Shown here one piece after another: positions 49,949 to 59,811 of a stretch of DNA of 64,000 nucleotides. The stretch covers positions 514-64,513 of the forward strand of contig WGDO01000087.1 in assembly GCA_015493225.1 (NCBI GenBank), in the 5' to 3' direction. How positions within the stretch are numbered: the first letter of the stretch is position 1; each line of letters starts with the position of its first letter. This DNA comes from Patescibacteria group bacterium. GTDB taxonomy: Bacteria; Patescibacteriota; Minisyncoccia; Moranbacterales; DUUL01. The translations under genes and the position numbers were made by a program. The notes beneath the pieces are model-generated. The model did no database searches and was not told the origin of the DNA. It was given only the letters and a program-made list of their open reading frames with translations.

Positions 49949-51094
49949 CTATTCTTCAAAATTAGCCAAAGCTAAACCAATAGCAATACTTAAAGATGGC
50001 GCATTCTGCAATAAAGAACTTTTAATTTCTGGCACAAAAGCAACTCCCTCTAATGCATTTCCTATTGCAACTTCCCTCCCCGCCTGTTGTTGCACAAACT
50101 CCCTGAGTCCAATCATCATAGCCGCTCCTCCACTTAAAATTATTTTATTAATTTTTATACCTTCAAAATCAGCCTCAAATAATTCCACTGTTTTTTTAAT
50201 TTCTCCAATAATTATAGATAAAACGGTAGTTAAAATTCCTCCCGTCTGCCCATTGCCAGCCACATTCACCCCCTGTTCTTTTTTAATCTGCTCTGCTCGC
50301 TCAAAACTAACCTTCATTGAATCTGCAATAACCTGTGTCATCTTATCTCCTCCAACATCAATTGTTCTATTCATCAAAACACCCTGGGGTGAAGCCACTA
50401 AAATGTTACAAGTCTCATGACCAATATCTAAAATCAAATAAACGCCCTGTTTCCCATGAGTCAATGCCCTTGTCAAGGAAATAGAATCAATTTCCAAAAG
50501 ATTAATACTCAACTTACTCTGTGAAAATACTTTTTCATATTTATTACTAATCTCCTTCATTATAGCAATTACCAAAATTTTAACCATCTTACTATCCTTG
50601 GTGTCACCCATACCAATACCATTATTATTTTGGGGTATTTGTTGATCTATGTTATTTTGCAATTTATCCTCGTCTATAACCTGCCAATCATATACAACAT
50701 CTTCTATCTTTACAGGAATATATTTCGACACTTCTCTTCTAATAGCCTCTTCAGAAACTTTTCCAGAAACGCTAGCTACCTCAATAGTAATAATCAAAGA
50801 AGTAAAACTAGGAATAGCCACATTTACTGTTTTATTTTTAATATTTGCCTCATTCAGTGTTTCTTTAATTACATCTCCCGTAAACTCATTAATTACTCCC
50901 GTTTGACCAATTTTAATTAAAGGATCCTTAGTCCGAGCAATAGCATAATTTTTCAAAATAATTTTATCTTTTTCTTTCTTCAAGGCAACTACCTTTATAC
51001 TTTTTGTTCCAACATCAACACCAACCGCCAACTTATTGCCGGTAAATTTCTTAACTAAATTATTTGCCAAATCATCCAATGACTGCATACCCAT
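49949..51094 (-). CDS. pilM: type IV pilus assembly protein PilM
   Basis: GVDVGTKSIK, YIP, LDIG, LSGG, AIGLA. Confidence 0.93.
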   Translation of the reverse strand: MGMQSLDDLANNLVKKFTGNKLAVGVDVGTKSIKVVALKKEKDKIILKNYAIARTKDPLIKIGQTGVINEFTGDVIKETLNEANIKNKTVNVAIPSFTSLIITIEVASVSGKVSEEAIRREVSKYIPVKIEDVVYDWQVIDEDKLQNNIDQQIPQNNNGIGMGDTKDSKMVKILVIAIMKEISNKYEKVFSQSKLSINLLEIDSISLTRALTHGKQGVYLILDIGHETCNILVASPQGVLMNRTIDVGGDKMTQVIADSMKVSFERAEQIKKEQGVNVAGNGQTGGILTTVLSIIIGEIKKTVELFEADFEGIKINKIILSGGAAMMIGLREFVQQQAGREVAIGNALEGVAFVPEIKSSLLQNAPSLSIAIGLALANFEE

Positions 51095-51254
51095 AATATT
51101 TTTATTTTTTATTTTTAACTAATTCAAGACTATTGTTCCAAAGCTTACTAAATACTAAAAATAAAAAACTTTAGATTAACTCTTTATTTTTATATTATAA
51201 CAAAATAATTACATCCACACAACTACCTAGAATATTATACACTAAATATTTAAC

Positions 51255-51908
51255 CTAATGTGCAGTTGGGGGAACATCACTATTAAAATTATCATCCCTA
51301 GTATCACCATCACTATATCCAAAAGATTCAACCGAATTCAAATTTTTTGAACATTTTTCATCAAGCATTGCTTTTCTTTTTCTTAAACCCTCCAAATTAT
51401 AAACACCCTCAAGATTTTGTAAAAATTTTTCTGCCCTTTCATCTCTCTTATCATAAACAAATTCTCTTTTACTCTCCAAACGTTGATTAATTGATTCTCC
51501 TCCTAAAACTCTGACCATTATATGTCTAGAAATCTCTTCTCCATCATCAATATCTCCAAAACATATTTTGTAAATTTTTCGAAAAATATCTTCGCAAAAA
51601 AGATGTTCATCAACTTGACTCATTGCTTCAATTTTTTGAACACTTGATAACTCTTCCTCATTATCAACAAAAAATCCTACTCCTGAAAATTCACCGCTCT
51701 CTTCAAAAAGTTGTTTTACATTATTAAAAACCGCTTGTCTGAGTTTGTTTTTCTTTTTCAATAATTTCTCTGCCTGTTCTGCTCCCAATATAACATCTTT
51801 ATTCCTATCAATTTTATCCACACTAAGATCCCCCCCTAAATCAATTGGTATTTTATTTGGCGTATTATATGTAGAAAAACCTTCAATTATTGATTCCTCT
51901 TCTAACAT
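51255..51908 (-). CDS. hypothetical protein (charged, helical)
   Basis: 217-aa ORF with no recognised motif. Confidence 0.65.
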   Translation of the reverse strand: MLEEESIIEGFSTYNTPNKIPIDLGGDLSVDKIDRNKDVILGAEQAEKLLKKKNKLRQAVFNNVKQLFEESGEFSGVGFFVDNEEELSSVQKIEAMSQVDEHLFCEDIFRKIYKICFGDIDDGEEISRHIMVRVLGGESINQRLESKREFVYDKRDERAEKFLQNLEGVYNLEGLRKRKAMLDEKCSKNLNSVESFGYSDGDTRDDNFNSDVPPTAH

Positions 51909-52032
51909 AAATTTCTTTTTATTTTTTTTAAATCCCTTGAAAAATAATCCATCCTGTGTTAAGGTAACTAATAATACTCAATGATACAAGGAATTTAATT
52001 AACCTACAATTACTATAACATAAAATAAACAA

Positions 52033-54423
52033 ATGTACAAACATTTTACAAATAATGCCAAAAAAATAATTTTCAGCATAAAGAAAAATCCCAAAATAAA
52101 CTTGAATAATATCCCGGCCAGTGATTTAATTGGAGCAATTCTTCAACACAAAGGAACCTACGGCAAAAACATTATAAATTCTTTACCCCCAGAATTAAAA
52201 GAAAAAATAATTCAAAAACTTAAAAAAGGTTCTGATCTGACAGCCTCTAAATTAATTACTGAAGCTAGTAAATTAGCCTATGCAACCAAAAGTCGTTTAA
52301 TTGGCACCGAACATCTTGTACAAGCTTTTATTGAAAATGAGCTACCTTCATCCACAATTGATAAAACGCTTAGCAACAATACTCCTCCGGAAGGAATTCC
52401 ACCAATACCCAAAGAAATGCAAAAGGAAATAGATAATCTCCTGAATGATTTATTTCCTCAAAGTACCGAACAAAAACAACAAAATATTTTAAAAGCATAT
52501 TGTTCTGATTTACACAGCCCCACCGAGAAACGACCACCCTTAATAGGTAAAACCAAGGAGTTAGCCAGACTAACTCATATTTTGGCTCGGAAAAATAAAA
52601 ACAACCCCATTTTACTAGGAGACCCCGGTGTTGGTAAAACAGCCATCGTAGAAGGATTAGCTAAAAATATCAACGACCTAAATGTCCCAGAACATCTTAT
52701 CAATAAAAAGATTTTATCTCTGGATTTAAGCCAATTAGTTGCCGGAACATCCTTTCGAGGAGAATTTGAATCAAGACTTAAAGAAATAATGCAAGTCGTG
52801 GAAGAAGATGAAAATATTATTTTATTCATTGACGAAATTCACATGCTCATGGGAGCTGGAAATTCCGTTGGCGGTATGGACGCTGCCAATATTCTAAAAC
52901 CAGCCCTTTCTCGAGGAACAATTAGAATTATTGGCGCCACCACCGTTGAAGAATATAAAAAAAGCATAGCCAAAGACTCTGCCTTGGAAAGAAGATTTCA
53001 ACCACTTATGATTTCAGAAGCTAGCCAACCAGAAACTATCCAGATTTTAAAAGGTATCAAACGATATTATGAAGAATATCACCAAGTAATTTTTTCCGAA
53101 GAAGCTATTACCAATTCCGCTAAGCTGGCCAAAAAATATATTAACAACAGATTTTTGCCAGACAGCGCCATTGATTTACTGGACGAAACCGCTGCTCGCA
53201 AACGTTCTCACTTAATAGACAATCCAGAATTCAAAAAATATATCATTAACAAGCAAAAACTAGCAACCCTAACTAAATTGAAAGAAGCTCTATTAATGGA
53301 TAACAAATTTAAAGAAGCTCTTCAACTTAAAGATGATGAATTTATTCTAAATAAAGATTTAATCAAACAGGAAAAACTTTTTGGACCAAAGAAAACATCC
53401 CAAGAAATTTCCATAGAACTTCAAGATATTCTAGACACTCTATCAGTTGTAACTAACATTTCACCCAATCTTCTAAAAACCAACAACTCAAACCTAATTA
53501 CTCAAATCAATAAATCTCTTCAAAATAATTTAATCGGACAAGGTCACATCAAAAAGAATATCAATGAGGTTGTAATGCGACGTCTCAGCGGGCTAAGCCG
53601 CCAACAAGGACCTCTGGGTTCCTTCGTTTTTATTGGTCCCAGTGGTGTTGGTAAAACCATGACTGCCAAACTTTTAGCCAAAGCTATTTCCCCAACCGAG
53701 GAACCATCTTTAGTTCAAATAAATATGAGTGAATTCACTGAAAAACACACCATTTCTCGCCTTCTAGGCGCTCCAGCCGGTTATGTCGGTCATGAGAACG
53801 AAGGCGAACTTAGTGCTAAAATATATCGCAATCCCTTTAGTGTTATTCTTTTTGATGAGATTGAAAAAGCCGACCCCACTATTTTAAACATCCTTTTACA
53901 AATTCTGGAAGAAGGTGAATTAGTAGACGCTAAAAACAAAAAAATTGACTTCAAAAATACTTTAATAATTTTAACCTCTAATATTGGCACTGAAACCTTA
54001 GATGGTTTAGATAGTTTGGGATTTACCTCTTCGAATAAAAAAAATACTCCCAGCAAAAAACAAATTAAAAAATCAATTCTGGAAGAATTACAAATGGAGC
54101 TACCAACTGAATTATTGGCCAGAATAGATAATACTTTAATTTTCAATAACTTAGAGAAAAAAGATATTCAAAAAATAGTTCAAACGTCCTTGACTGAGTT
54201 AAAAAAGAAGCTAAAGAAAAAACAAATCAGTTTAACATTCAATAAGAAAGTTGTTGACTTTTTAGTCAATAAAAGTTTAATTCTAAATCAGGGAGCTCGA
54301 TTAGTCAGACGAAATATTCAAAATCTTGTTGAACCTATTTTAGCCAAAGAATTATTAAAAAAGAATCCACCAAAAAATATTAAACTTTCTCTTAATAAAC
54401 AAGGTAATAAGATTGTTATTTGA
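52033..54423 (+). CDS. clpC: ATP-dependent Clp protease ATP-binding subunit
   Basis: Two AAA modules ([16 protein letters not shown]), [16 protein letters not shown] loop. Confidence 0.9.
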   Translation: MYKHFTNNAKKIIFSIKKNPKINLNNIPASDLIGAILQHKGTYGKNIINSLPPELKEKIIQKLKKGSDLTASKLITEASKLAYATKSRLIGTEHLVQAFIENELPSSTIDKTLSNNTPPEGIPPIPKEMQKEIDNLLNDLFPQSTEQKQQNILKAYCSDLHSPTEKRPPLIGKTKELARLTHILARKNKNNPILLGDPGVGKTAIVEGLAKNINDLNVPEHLINKKILSLDLSQLVAGTSFRGEFESRLKEIMQVVEEDENIILFIDEIHMLMGAGNSVGGMDAANILKPALSRGTIRIIGATTVEEYKKSIAKDSALERRFQPLMISEASQPETIQILKGIKRYYEEYHQVIFSEEAITNSAKLAKKYINNRFLPDSAIDLLDETAARKRSHLIDNPEFKKYIINKQKLATLTKLKEALLMDNKFKEALQLKDDEFILNKDLIKQEKLFGPKKTSQEISIELQDILDTLSVVTNISPNLLKTNNSNLITQINKSLQNNLIGQGHIKKNINEVVMRRLSGLSRQQGPLGSFVFIGPSGVGKTMTAKLLAKAISPTEEPSLVQINMSEFTEKHTISRLLGAPAGYVGHENEGELSAKIYRNPFSVILFDEIEKADPTILNILLQILEEGELVDAKNKKIDFKNTLIILTSNIGTETLDGLDSLGFTSSNKKNTPSKKQIKKSILEELQMELPTELLARIDNTLIFNNLEKKDIQKIVQTSLTELKKKLKKKQISLTFNKKVVDFLVNKSLILNQGARLVRRNIQNLVEPILAKELLKKNPPKNIKLSLNKQGNKIVI

Positions 54424-54483
54424 AAGTGAATCATTAAGATTATTAATTTTGATAAACAACAGCAATAAATAAGTCTGCTTTGC

Positions 54484-54648
54484 TTTTAATTTTAATTTGT
54501 AATTTGTAAATTTTAATTCAATTTTAAATAATTCAATTTTAAATACTTAAAACAACAGAAGATGAAAATTGCTCGATAATTTATATTTTATTTGAAAATT
54601 TAAACAATTAGGCTTGAATTAAAATTTACAAATTACAAATTAAAATTT
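54484..54648. repeat. AT-rich heptad inverted repeat element
   Basis: TTTTAATTTGTAATTTGTAAATTTTAATTCA ... TGAATTAAAATTTACAAATTACAAATTAAAA. Confidence 0.8.
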
Positions 54649-54737
54649 ATCCTACCGGCAGACAAGTCTGCTTTAGTTATTTTAATAGTTAATAGCTACT
54701 CAAACAATTCAGAAAAATCTTCTAACACTCTTAATGT

Positions 54738-55496
54738 ATGCCTATACCATTTTTTAAGCTTAAAAAATATCTTGCCAATCTAATTTTCCCCACTTTTTGT
54801 ATCCGCTGTCATCATCCCGGAAGAATCATCTGTGATAATTGTCTAAAAACAATCAAACCCTTAAGTATTCAATTATGTCCTCTTTGTGAAAAAACCGTTA
54901 CTATAAATGGAGAAGTTTGCCGTCCTTGCCGAAAGCGCTTTCATCCGGCCATTGATAATTTACTGGTAGCCTCAGATTACAAGAATAATTTATTAGCCAA
55001 AAGTGTTCATCTTTTAAAATATAAATTTATTCGAGACCTAGCACCGTCCTTGGCGCAAATTTTAACCATCAGCCTCAATAAGTTTAAACTGCCCACACCT
55101 GATTTTATCCTGCCAATCCCTCTGCACCCTCGTCGTCTTCGCTGGCGCGGTTTTAATCAAGCAGAACTATTATCCCAAGGAGTATCCATTAATCTATTAC
55201 CTGGCCTAACAATTCCAATCTTAAATGATTTAATCATTCGTCAAAAATATACTCCCTCTCAAAAAAATATTAAAAACTATAAAGCTCGTCAAGAAAATCT
55301 TAAAAATGCCTTTCAGATCAATTCTGGATTTGACTGGCCATTAAATAACTTACCAAAACAAAACCTAACCGGAAAAAATATTTTAATCATTGATGATATT
55401 ACCACCACCGGTGCCACTATTTTAAATTTCGCCAAAGAACTAAAAAAGCTTCACCCCAAAAGTATTTCGGCAATTGTTTTGGGAAGACAATCGTAA
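54738..55496 (+). CDS. comF: ComF family competence protein (Zn ribbon plus PRTase)
   Basis: CxxC repeats, PIPLH..R...RGFNQ, IDDITTTGAT. Confidence 0.92.
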   Translation: MPIPFFKLKKYLANLIFPTFCIRCHHPGRIICDNCLKTIKPLSIQLCPLCEKTVTINGEVCRPCRKRFHPAIDNLLVASDYKNNLLAKSVHLLKYKFIRDLAPSLAQILTISLNKFKLPTPDFILPIPLHPRRLRWRGFNQAELLSQGVSINLLPGLTIPILNDLIIRQKYTPSQKNIKNYKARQENLKNAFQINSGFDWPLNNLPKQNLTGKNILIIDDITTTGATILNFAKELKKLHPKSISAIVLGRQS

Positions 55497-55500
55497 TTGT

Positions 55501-55765
55501 TAGTTCACAGTTCACAGTTCACGGTTCACAGTTTCTTTCCTAGCTTCCCCTCTTTGCAAAGGGGGGATTGAGGGGAATTTCCATGGCTTCCTCCCCCCTT
55601 TGTAAAGGGGGGATTGAGGGGGGATTTTAAGAATTTTAAGTTTTAAATTTTTCTGCCCCAGACGGACCAGCCTGGAGCTAGAAATTTCACGAATTAGTTG
55701 AAATCCACCCCTAACCCCTCCTTTGAGAAAGGAGGGGAACTACTTATCTACTATCTACTATCTAC
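55501..55765. repeat. composite repeat region: (GTTCACA)n, three scaffold palindromes, TCTACTA array
   Basis: Direct reading; same units as at 29608-29790. Confidence 0.88.
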
Positions 55766-56673
55766 CCCTCAAACACTGGCACAATCTGTTTCTTCCTAGA
55801 AACCAATTTATCCACAAATAAAATCCCGTTCTGATCTTCAGCGGAAAATAATTCGGTGAATAATTTTTTGGCTTCTTCATCGGAGTAAAGCGTATAGGAT
55901 TTTTCATTAAGAATATCAACGATTGTAAAATAAACTGCCTTCAAGTTATCTTTTTCTTTTATCTCAGCCAGTTTTTCAAAAATTTCTTCCCTTCTTTTCA
56001 AACCAAAATCAACATCCGTTGTTTCCATCACCCCAATTCCATATTTTCCATCCTTAAAATTAAACTCCTTATAATCCAACCTAATTAAATTCTCCGTAGA
56101 AATATCCCCTAAATCACTTTTAGCTTTAAACATTTCCAAACTAAATTGTTCCAAATCTTCCAATCCCACTATTTCGTTCAATCCTTCCACTAATTTCTTA
56201 TCAGTATCGGTAGTAGTTGGTGAACGAAAAAACAAAGTATCAGAAATAATACCCGCCAATAACAAACTAGCGATTTTTTTGTCCAAATCAATACCCTCAG
56301 AAAAATATTTTTCTGCAACAATTGAACAAGACGACCCAAGTGGTTTAACGCAAATTGAAATTGGTTTATCCGTCTTCAGGTCAACCTTATGATGATCAAT
56401 AACTTCCACCAAACTCAATTCGGCTAAATTATCTATGGCCTGCCCAACTTCATTATGATCCAATAAGACAACTTCTGAACCAGCTTCTAACTCAGAAATT
56501 ATTTCTGGTCTTTTCATATCAAATTTATCAAACACAAATTGTGTTTCTTTATTCAACTCCCCTAGGGCAAAAGCTTGTGCTTCTTCGCCTTGCTGTTTCA
56601 AATATTCAGCATAGGCTACCGCACTACACACCGAATCAGTATCCGGATTTTTATGACCAATTACATTTTTCAT
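55762..56673 (-). CDS. ppaC: manganese-dependent inorganic pyrophosphatase
   Basis: GHKNPDTDS, DHNE, DHH, SDT, SRKKQ. Confidence 0.96.
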   Translation of the reverse strand: MKNVIGHKNPDTDSVCSAVAYAEYLKQQGEEAQAFALGELNKETQFVFDKFDMKRPEIISELEAGSEVVLLDHNEVGQAIDNLAELSLVEVIDHHKVDLKTDKPISICVKPLGSSCSIVAEKYFSEGIDLDKKIASLLLAGIISDTLFFRSPTTTDTDKKLVEGLNEIVGLEDLEQFSLEMFKAKSDLGDISTENLIRLDYKEFNFKDGKYGIGVMETTDVDFGLKRREEIFEKLAEIKEKDNLKAVYFTIVDILNEKSYTLYSDEEAKKLFTELFSAEDQNGILFVDKLVSRKKQIVPVFEG

Positions 56674-56740
56674 ATATTTTAAATTTAAAAAATTAATATT
56701 AACTTATAGAATAATTTAATGAAGTTACCAAAAAACAACC

Positions 56741-57130
56741 TTATTTAAATTTAGCATATTCCAAAAAATCTTTTTGGTATTCTGGTTGAATATATTTTGA
56801 CCCTGGTTCTACTTGATGTTTAATGCCGCACCAATACTTTTCTGTTTCGGCGGAAATTGCCGTTGCATATGGCAAAAGACCATTAGCATAACCACAATAA
56901 ACACAATTAATCTTTTGCAAAAGAGTCAACTTAGATAATTTATATCTATCTATTTTAATATATTTTTTTACATCTACTAACTCTAAACCATACAGCCTAA
57001 AGGCAATATGATGATATATTTCCAATGAAATATGTAACAAAATTAAAGAAGCCCCCATACCATAAATAAAAGGGATGGATAATGTATGTTTTAAAGTTCT
57101 TTTAATACTCCTATTTTTTCGATGTTGCAT
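56741..57130 (-). CDS. hypothetical membrane protein with CxYC motif
   Basis: KINCVYCGYANG, TEKYWCGIKH. Confidence 0.75.
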   Translation of the reverse strand: MQHRKNRSIKRTLKHTLSIPFIYGMGASLILLHISLEIYHHIAFRLYGLELVDVKKYIKIDRYKLSKLTLLQKINCVYCGYANGLLPYATAISAETEKYWCGIKHQVEPGSKYIQPEYQKDFLEYAKFK

Positions 57131-57153
57131 ATATTTAAATATTGGTTATTTAG

Positions 57154-57240
57154 CGGAGATGGAAGGATTCGAACCCTCGGTACCAATAAAGGTACAACGC
57201 TTTTCGAGAGCGTCCCGTTCGACCACTCCGGCACATCTCC
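57154..57240 (-). tRNA. tRNA-Ser(CGA)
   Basis: Cloverleaf, anticodon loop CTCGAAA, long variable arm. Confidence 0.95.
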
Positions 57241-57273
57241 AGTTTTAATATACATATTTCTATTTCGCTCAAA

Positions 57274-57319
57274 GCGGAGAGAGCGGGATTTTCACCTCCC
57301 GTTTAGGGAGGCCGAACCC
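57274..57319 (-). repeat. duplicate of the tRNA-Ser(GGA) 3' end with a hairpin inserted in the T-loop
   Basis: GCGGAGAGAGCGGGATT[22 nt]CGAACCC versus GCGGAGAGAGCGGGATTCGAACCC at 57336. Confidence 0.85.
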
Positions 57320-57336
57320 TTGTCTAACAAATGCTG

Positions 57337-57421
57337 CGGAGAGAGCGGGATTCGAACCCACGGTACCTTACGGCACACATCGTTTCCAACGATGCGCATT
57401 CGACCACTCTGCCATCTCTCC
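57337..57421 (-). tRNA. tRNA-Ser(GGA)
   Basis: Cloverleaf, anticodon loop TTGGAAA, long variable arm. Confidence 0.95.
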
Positions 57422-57457
57422 GTACTTAAATCATTATGCCTCAAAACTCATCAAAAA

Positions 57458-58648
57458 TCAAGCCTTTCCTTTTTTTCTACCAATCAAAAAATTCACCACA
57501 TTTATTACCAAACCAATCAATAGCACAACTCCCAATATTGCAATAACTTTTTGCACGGAATATAAATCAGCTAACCAGCCAAACATACTAGCCATAAAAA
57601 CATATGGTAAATTAATTAATAGATTGAAAGTAGATAAAGAGGTGGCTCGATGCTTTGAGGAAATGTATTTATTTAAAATATCTGACTGAATAACCAATGA
57701 TAGAGAATAGATAATTGCCCAAAAAATCATCAATATCACCGCCATCAAAAAATTAACTTTCAAAACAAGTAACATTAACAAGGCATACAAAAATGCCATA
57801 AAAACAAAAACCCTCAAATTGCCAATTTTGCTTTTTAACCAAGGACTTAATCTAACAATAAAAACATTAGCTAATATTGCCAAAACTAAAGCCATGCTAA
57901 TTTGCATAGCCGTTCCTCCCGTAGCCACCAATAACAAATCCACCAGCATCTCATACATAAACAAATAAATAATACCGACTATCAACAAAATATAAATTAT
58001 TTTTCTGATTCTTTTTTGAAAAAATAAAGCTCTAAACCCCTCCATGATTTGTCGACGATAATTATTCCAAGAAAATTTTTCACTATCAGTTTTTGGCTCT
58101 TGTAATTTCCAAGCTATAAATATGGCCACGACAGCCATCAAAGCAACAGCTAAATAAGGAGCTCGTGGATTAACAAATGTATATAATAATCCACCAATAA
58201 TTGTAGCCACAGCCTGAGCAAGATAAGAATAGCTTCTTTGTTTTGACAATACTTTATTATATTGTTTCTCTTTTCCAATATCTTTTAAGGTGTCATAGGT
58301 AATCGCCTCAAAAGTTCCCGAAAGAAAAGTAGAACCAAAAGCACTAAAAAAAGCCGAAAGAAAAAGAACTACAAAATTAGGAGCCAAACCCATTGCTAAA
58401 TCTCCCAAAAATATTACCCCCAAACCCAAAATCAATGTTTTCTTTTTTCCCAATAAATCCGCCAAAGCCCCCGAAGGAATCTCAAAGACAACAATTGAAA
58501 TAATCATCGCTGTTTCGATTATGCCGATGCCCGTATAATCAGTAAACAGCAAATAATACAAAACCCAAATTCCCAACCAAAACAAAAGGTTGTTAAAAAA
58601 CGAAATCCAATAAAGAAGTTTGATGTTGTTTTTGATACTGCTTGTCAT
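57458..58648 (-). CDS. MFS transporter
   Basis: EIPSGALADLLGKK, SGTFEAITYD, RATSLS. Confidence 0.88.
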   Translation of the reverse strand: MTSSIKNNIKLLYWISFFNNLLFWLGIWVLYYLLFTDYTGIGIIETAMIISIVVFEIPSGALADLLGKKKTLILGLGVIFLGDLAMGLAPNFVVLFLSAFFSAFGSTFLSGTFEAITYDTLKDIGKEKQYNKVLSKQRSYSYLAQAVATIIGGLLYTFVNPRAPYLAVALMAVVAIFIAWKLQEPKTDSEKFSWNNYRRQIMEGFRALFFQKRIRKIIYILLIVGIIYLFMYEMLVDLLLVATGGTAMQISMALVLAILANVFIVRLSPWLKSKIGNLRVFVFMAFLYALLMLLVLKVNFLMAVILMIFWAIIYSLSLVIQSDILNKYISSKHRATSLSTFNLLINLPYVFMASMFGWLADLYSVQKVIAILGVVLLIGLVINVVNFLIGRKKGKA

Positions 58649-58818
58649 ATTTTATAAAATTACATTTTGTAAAAATTTTTCTATTACCAGTTCACTTTCA
58701 AATTTACTAATCAGTTCAATATATCATGCTGCCACTAAACCTTCAACATACATTACTCTAACCTGCCCATACCTATCGTATAACGTAAGTCATACATAGC
58801 GCGTGAAATGTTGATTCC

Positions 58819-59727
58819 TTAATAATTCCTTTTTAAAATAATCTCATCGTCTACTTTACTTGCAGTCCAATTTTTAAACAGTTTTATGAATGACTTGTTT
58901 ATTGGATTCTTAGCAAAAGGATTATTAACAAACAAACAATCTTCCCCTATATTTTCAGGATGATTCAAAACTGATTTATCTGAAAACAAAATTCCGCTCA
59001 CAAAATTAAAATCTTCATTAATAAAATAATTAACAGGTACAGATTTATTATTTGATTTATCAATCTTATTTCTATGCAAAAAATTTGTTGCACCTGTTTT
59101 GATATTAATTTGCCTAAACTGTAAACCAAATAACGCTTTCAATACATTTGGTATGTCTGAATCGTCACCATATTTTAAATCGTTTGTATTTATAGCAATA
59201 ATAAATGGCATTTTAAAATCAAACCATTTTTTACTTTTCCAATTTTTATATTGATTCAATGCCTTATCTTTCACAGCTTGTGTGATTCGCAAAATCATTT
59301 TATCAACGGGTACATTTTGAACGCGAATTTCTTCAGGCATTGTTGCGATAAACATTTCGGGAACTGAATCAGGCTTAGCAGGATCACCTTTTGTTGGCGC
59401 AACACATTCGATATAAGCGATTTTATTGATTATAAAATCTGGTCCTTCGTTTTGTGATTGTATTGTTAATCCATTTTTTAAAAATACATTTCCAACATAC
59501 ATTTCCCATGATCTCTGATGAAAATTTGTTCGAATTTGATTCAAGAAATGTCTATCTGCATAAGGTTTGTATTTTACCCACAATTTATCAAATCTCTCTC
59601 GTCTTTCTTTAAAACATCCACTTGCAATAAAATATGGATCATATTGTTGATATAATTCTTTTACCTTTTTTAACTCCTTGTTTGTTTTTATGGAAGGAAG
59701 CCTAATTGTAAAAATAGTATCTTGCAT
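58819..59727 (-). CDS. hypothetical protein, possible PD-(D/E)XK nuclease fold
   Basis: F..R.WE, GPDFII...YIECVAP. Confidence 0.6.
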   Translation of the reverse strand: MQDTIFTIRLPSIKTNKELKKVKELYQQYDPYFIASGCFKERRERFDKLWVKYKPYADRHFLNQIRTNFHQRSWEMYVGNVFLKNGLTIQSQNEGPDFIINKIAYIECVAPTKGDPAKPDSVPEMFIATMPEEIRVQNVPVDKMILRITQAVKDKALNQYKNWKSKKWFDFKMPFIIAINTNDLKYGDDSDIPNVLKALFGLQFRQINIKTGATNFLHRNKIDKSNNKSVPVNYFINEDFNFVSGILFSDKSVLNHPENIGEDCLFVNNPFAKNPINKSFIKLFKNWTASKVDDEIILKRNY

Positions 59728-59811
59728 AATTATAAAAATTAAATTTCCTTACTCGCTTTCTCAATCTTTATCTACACTTTCAATTAAACATTTATTGCTA
59801 TCAATCAAATT

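Noticed and set aside
57122-57523. 133-aa ORF (also 17215-17406)
   Set aside because: Antisense shadow of tRNA genes
58780-58820. Integron attC site after the 58819 gene
   Set aside because: A GTTATAC core is present, but there is no matching inverse core, no paired L boxes and no integrase
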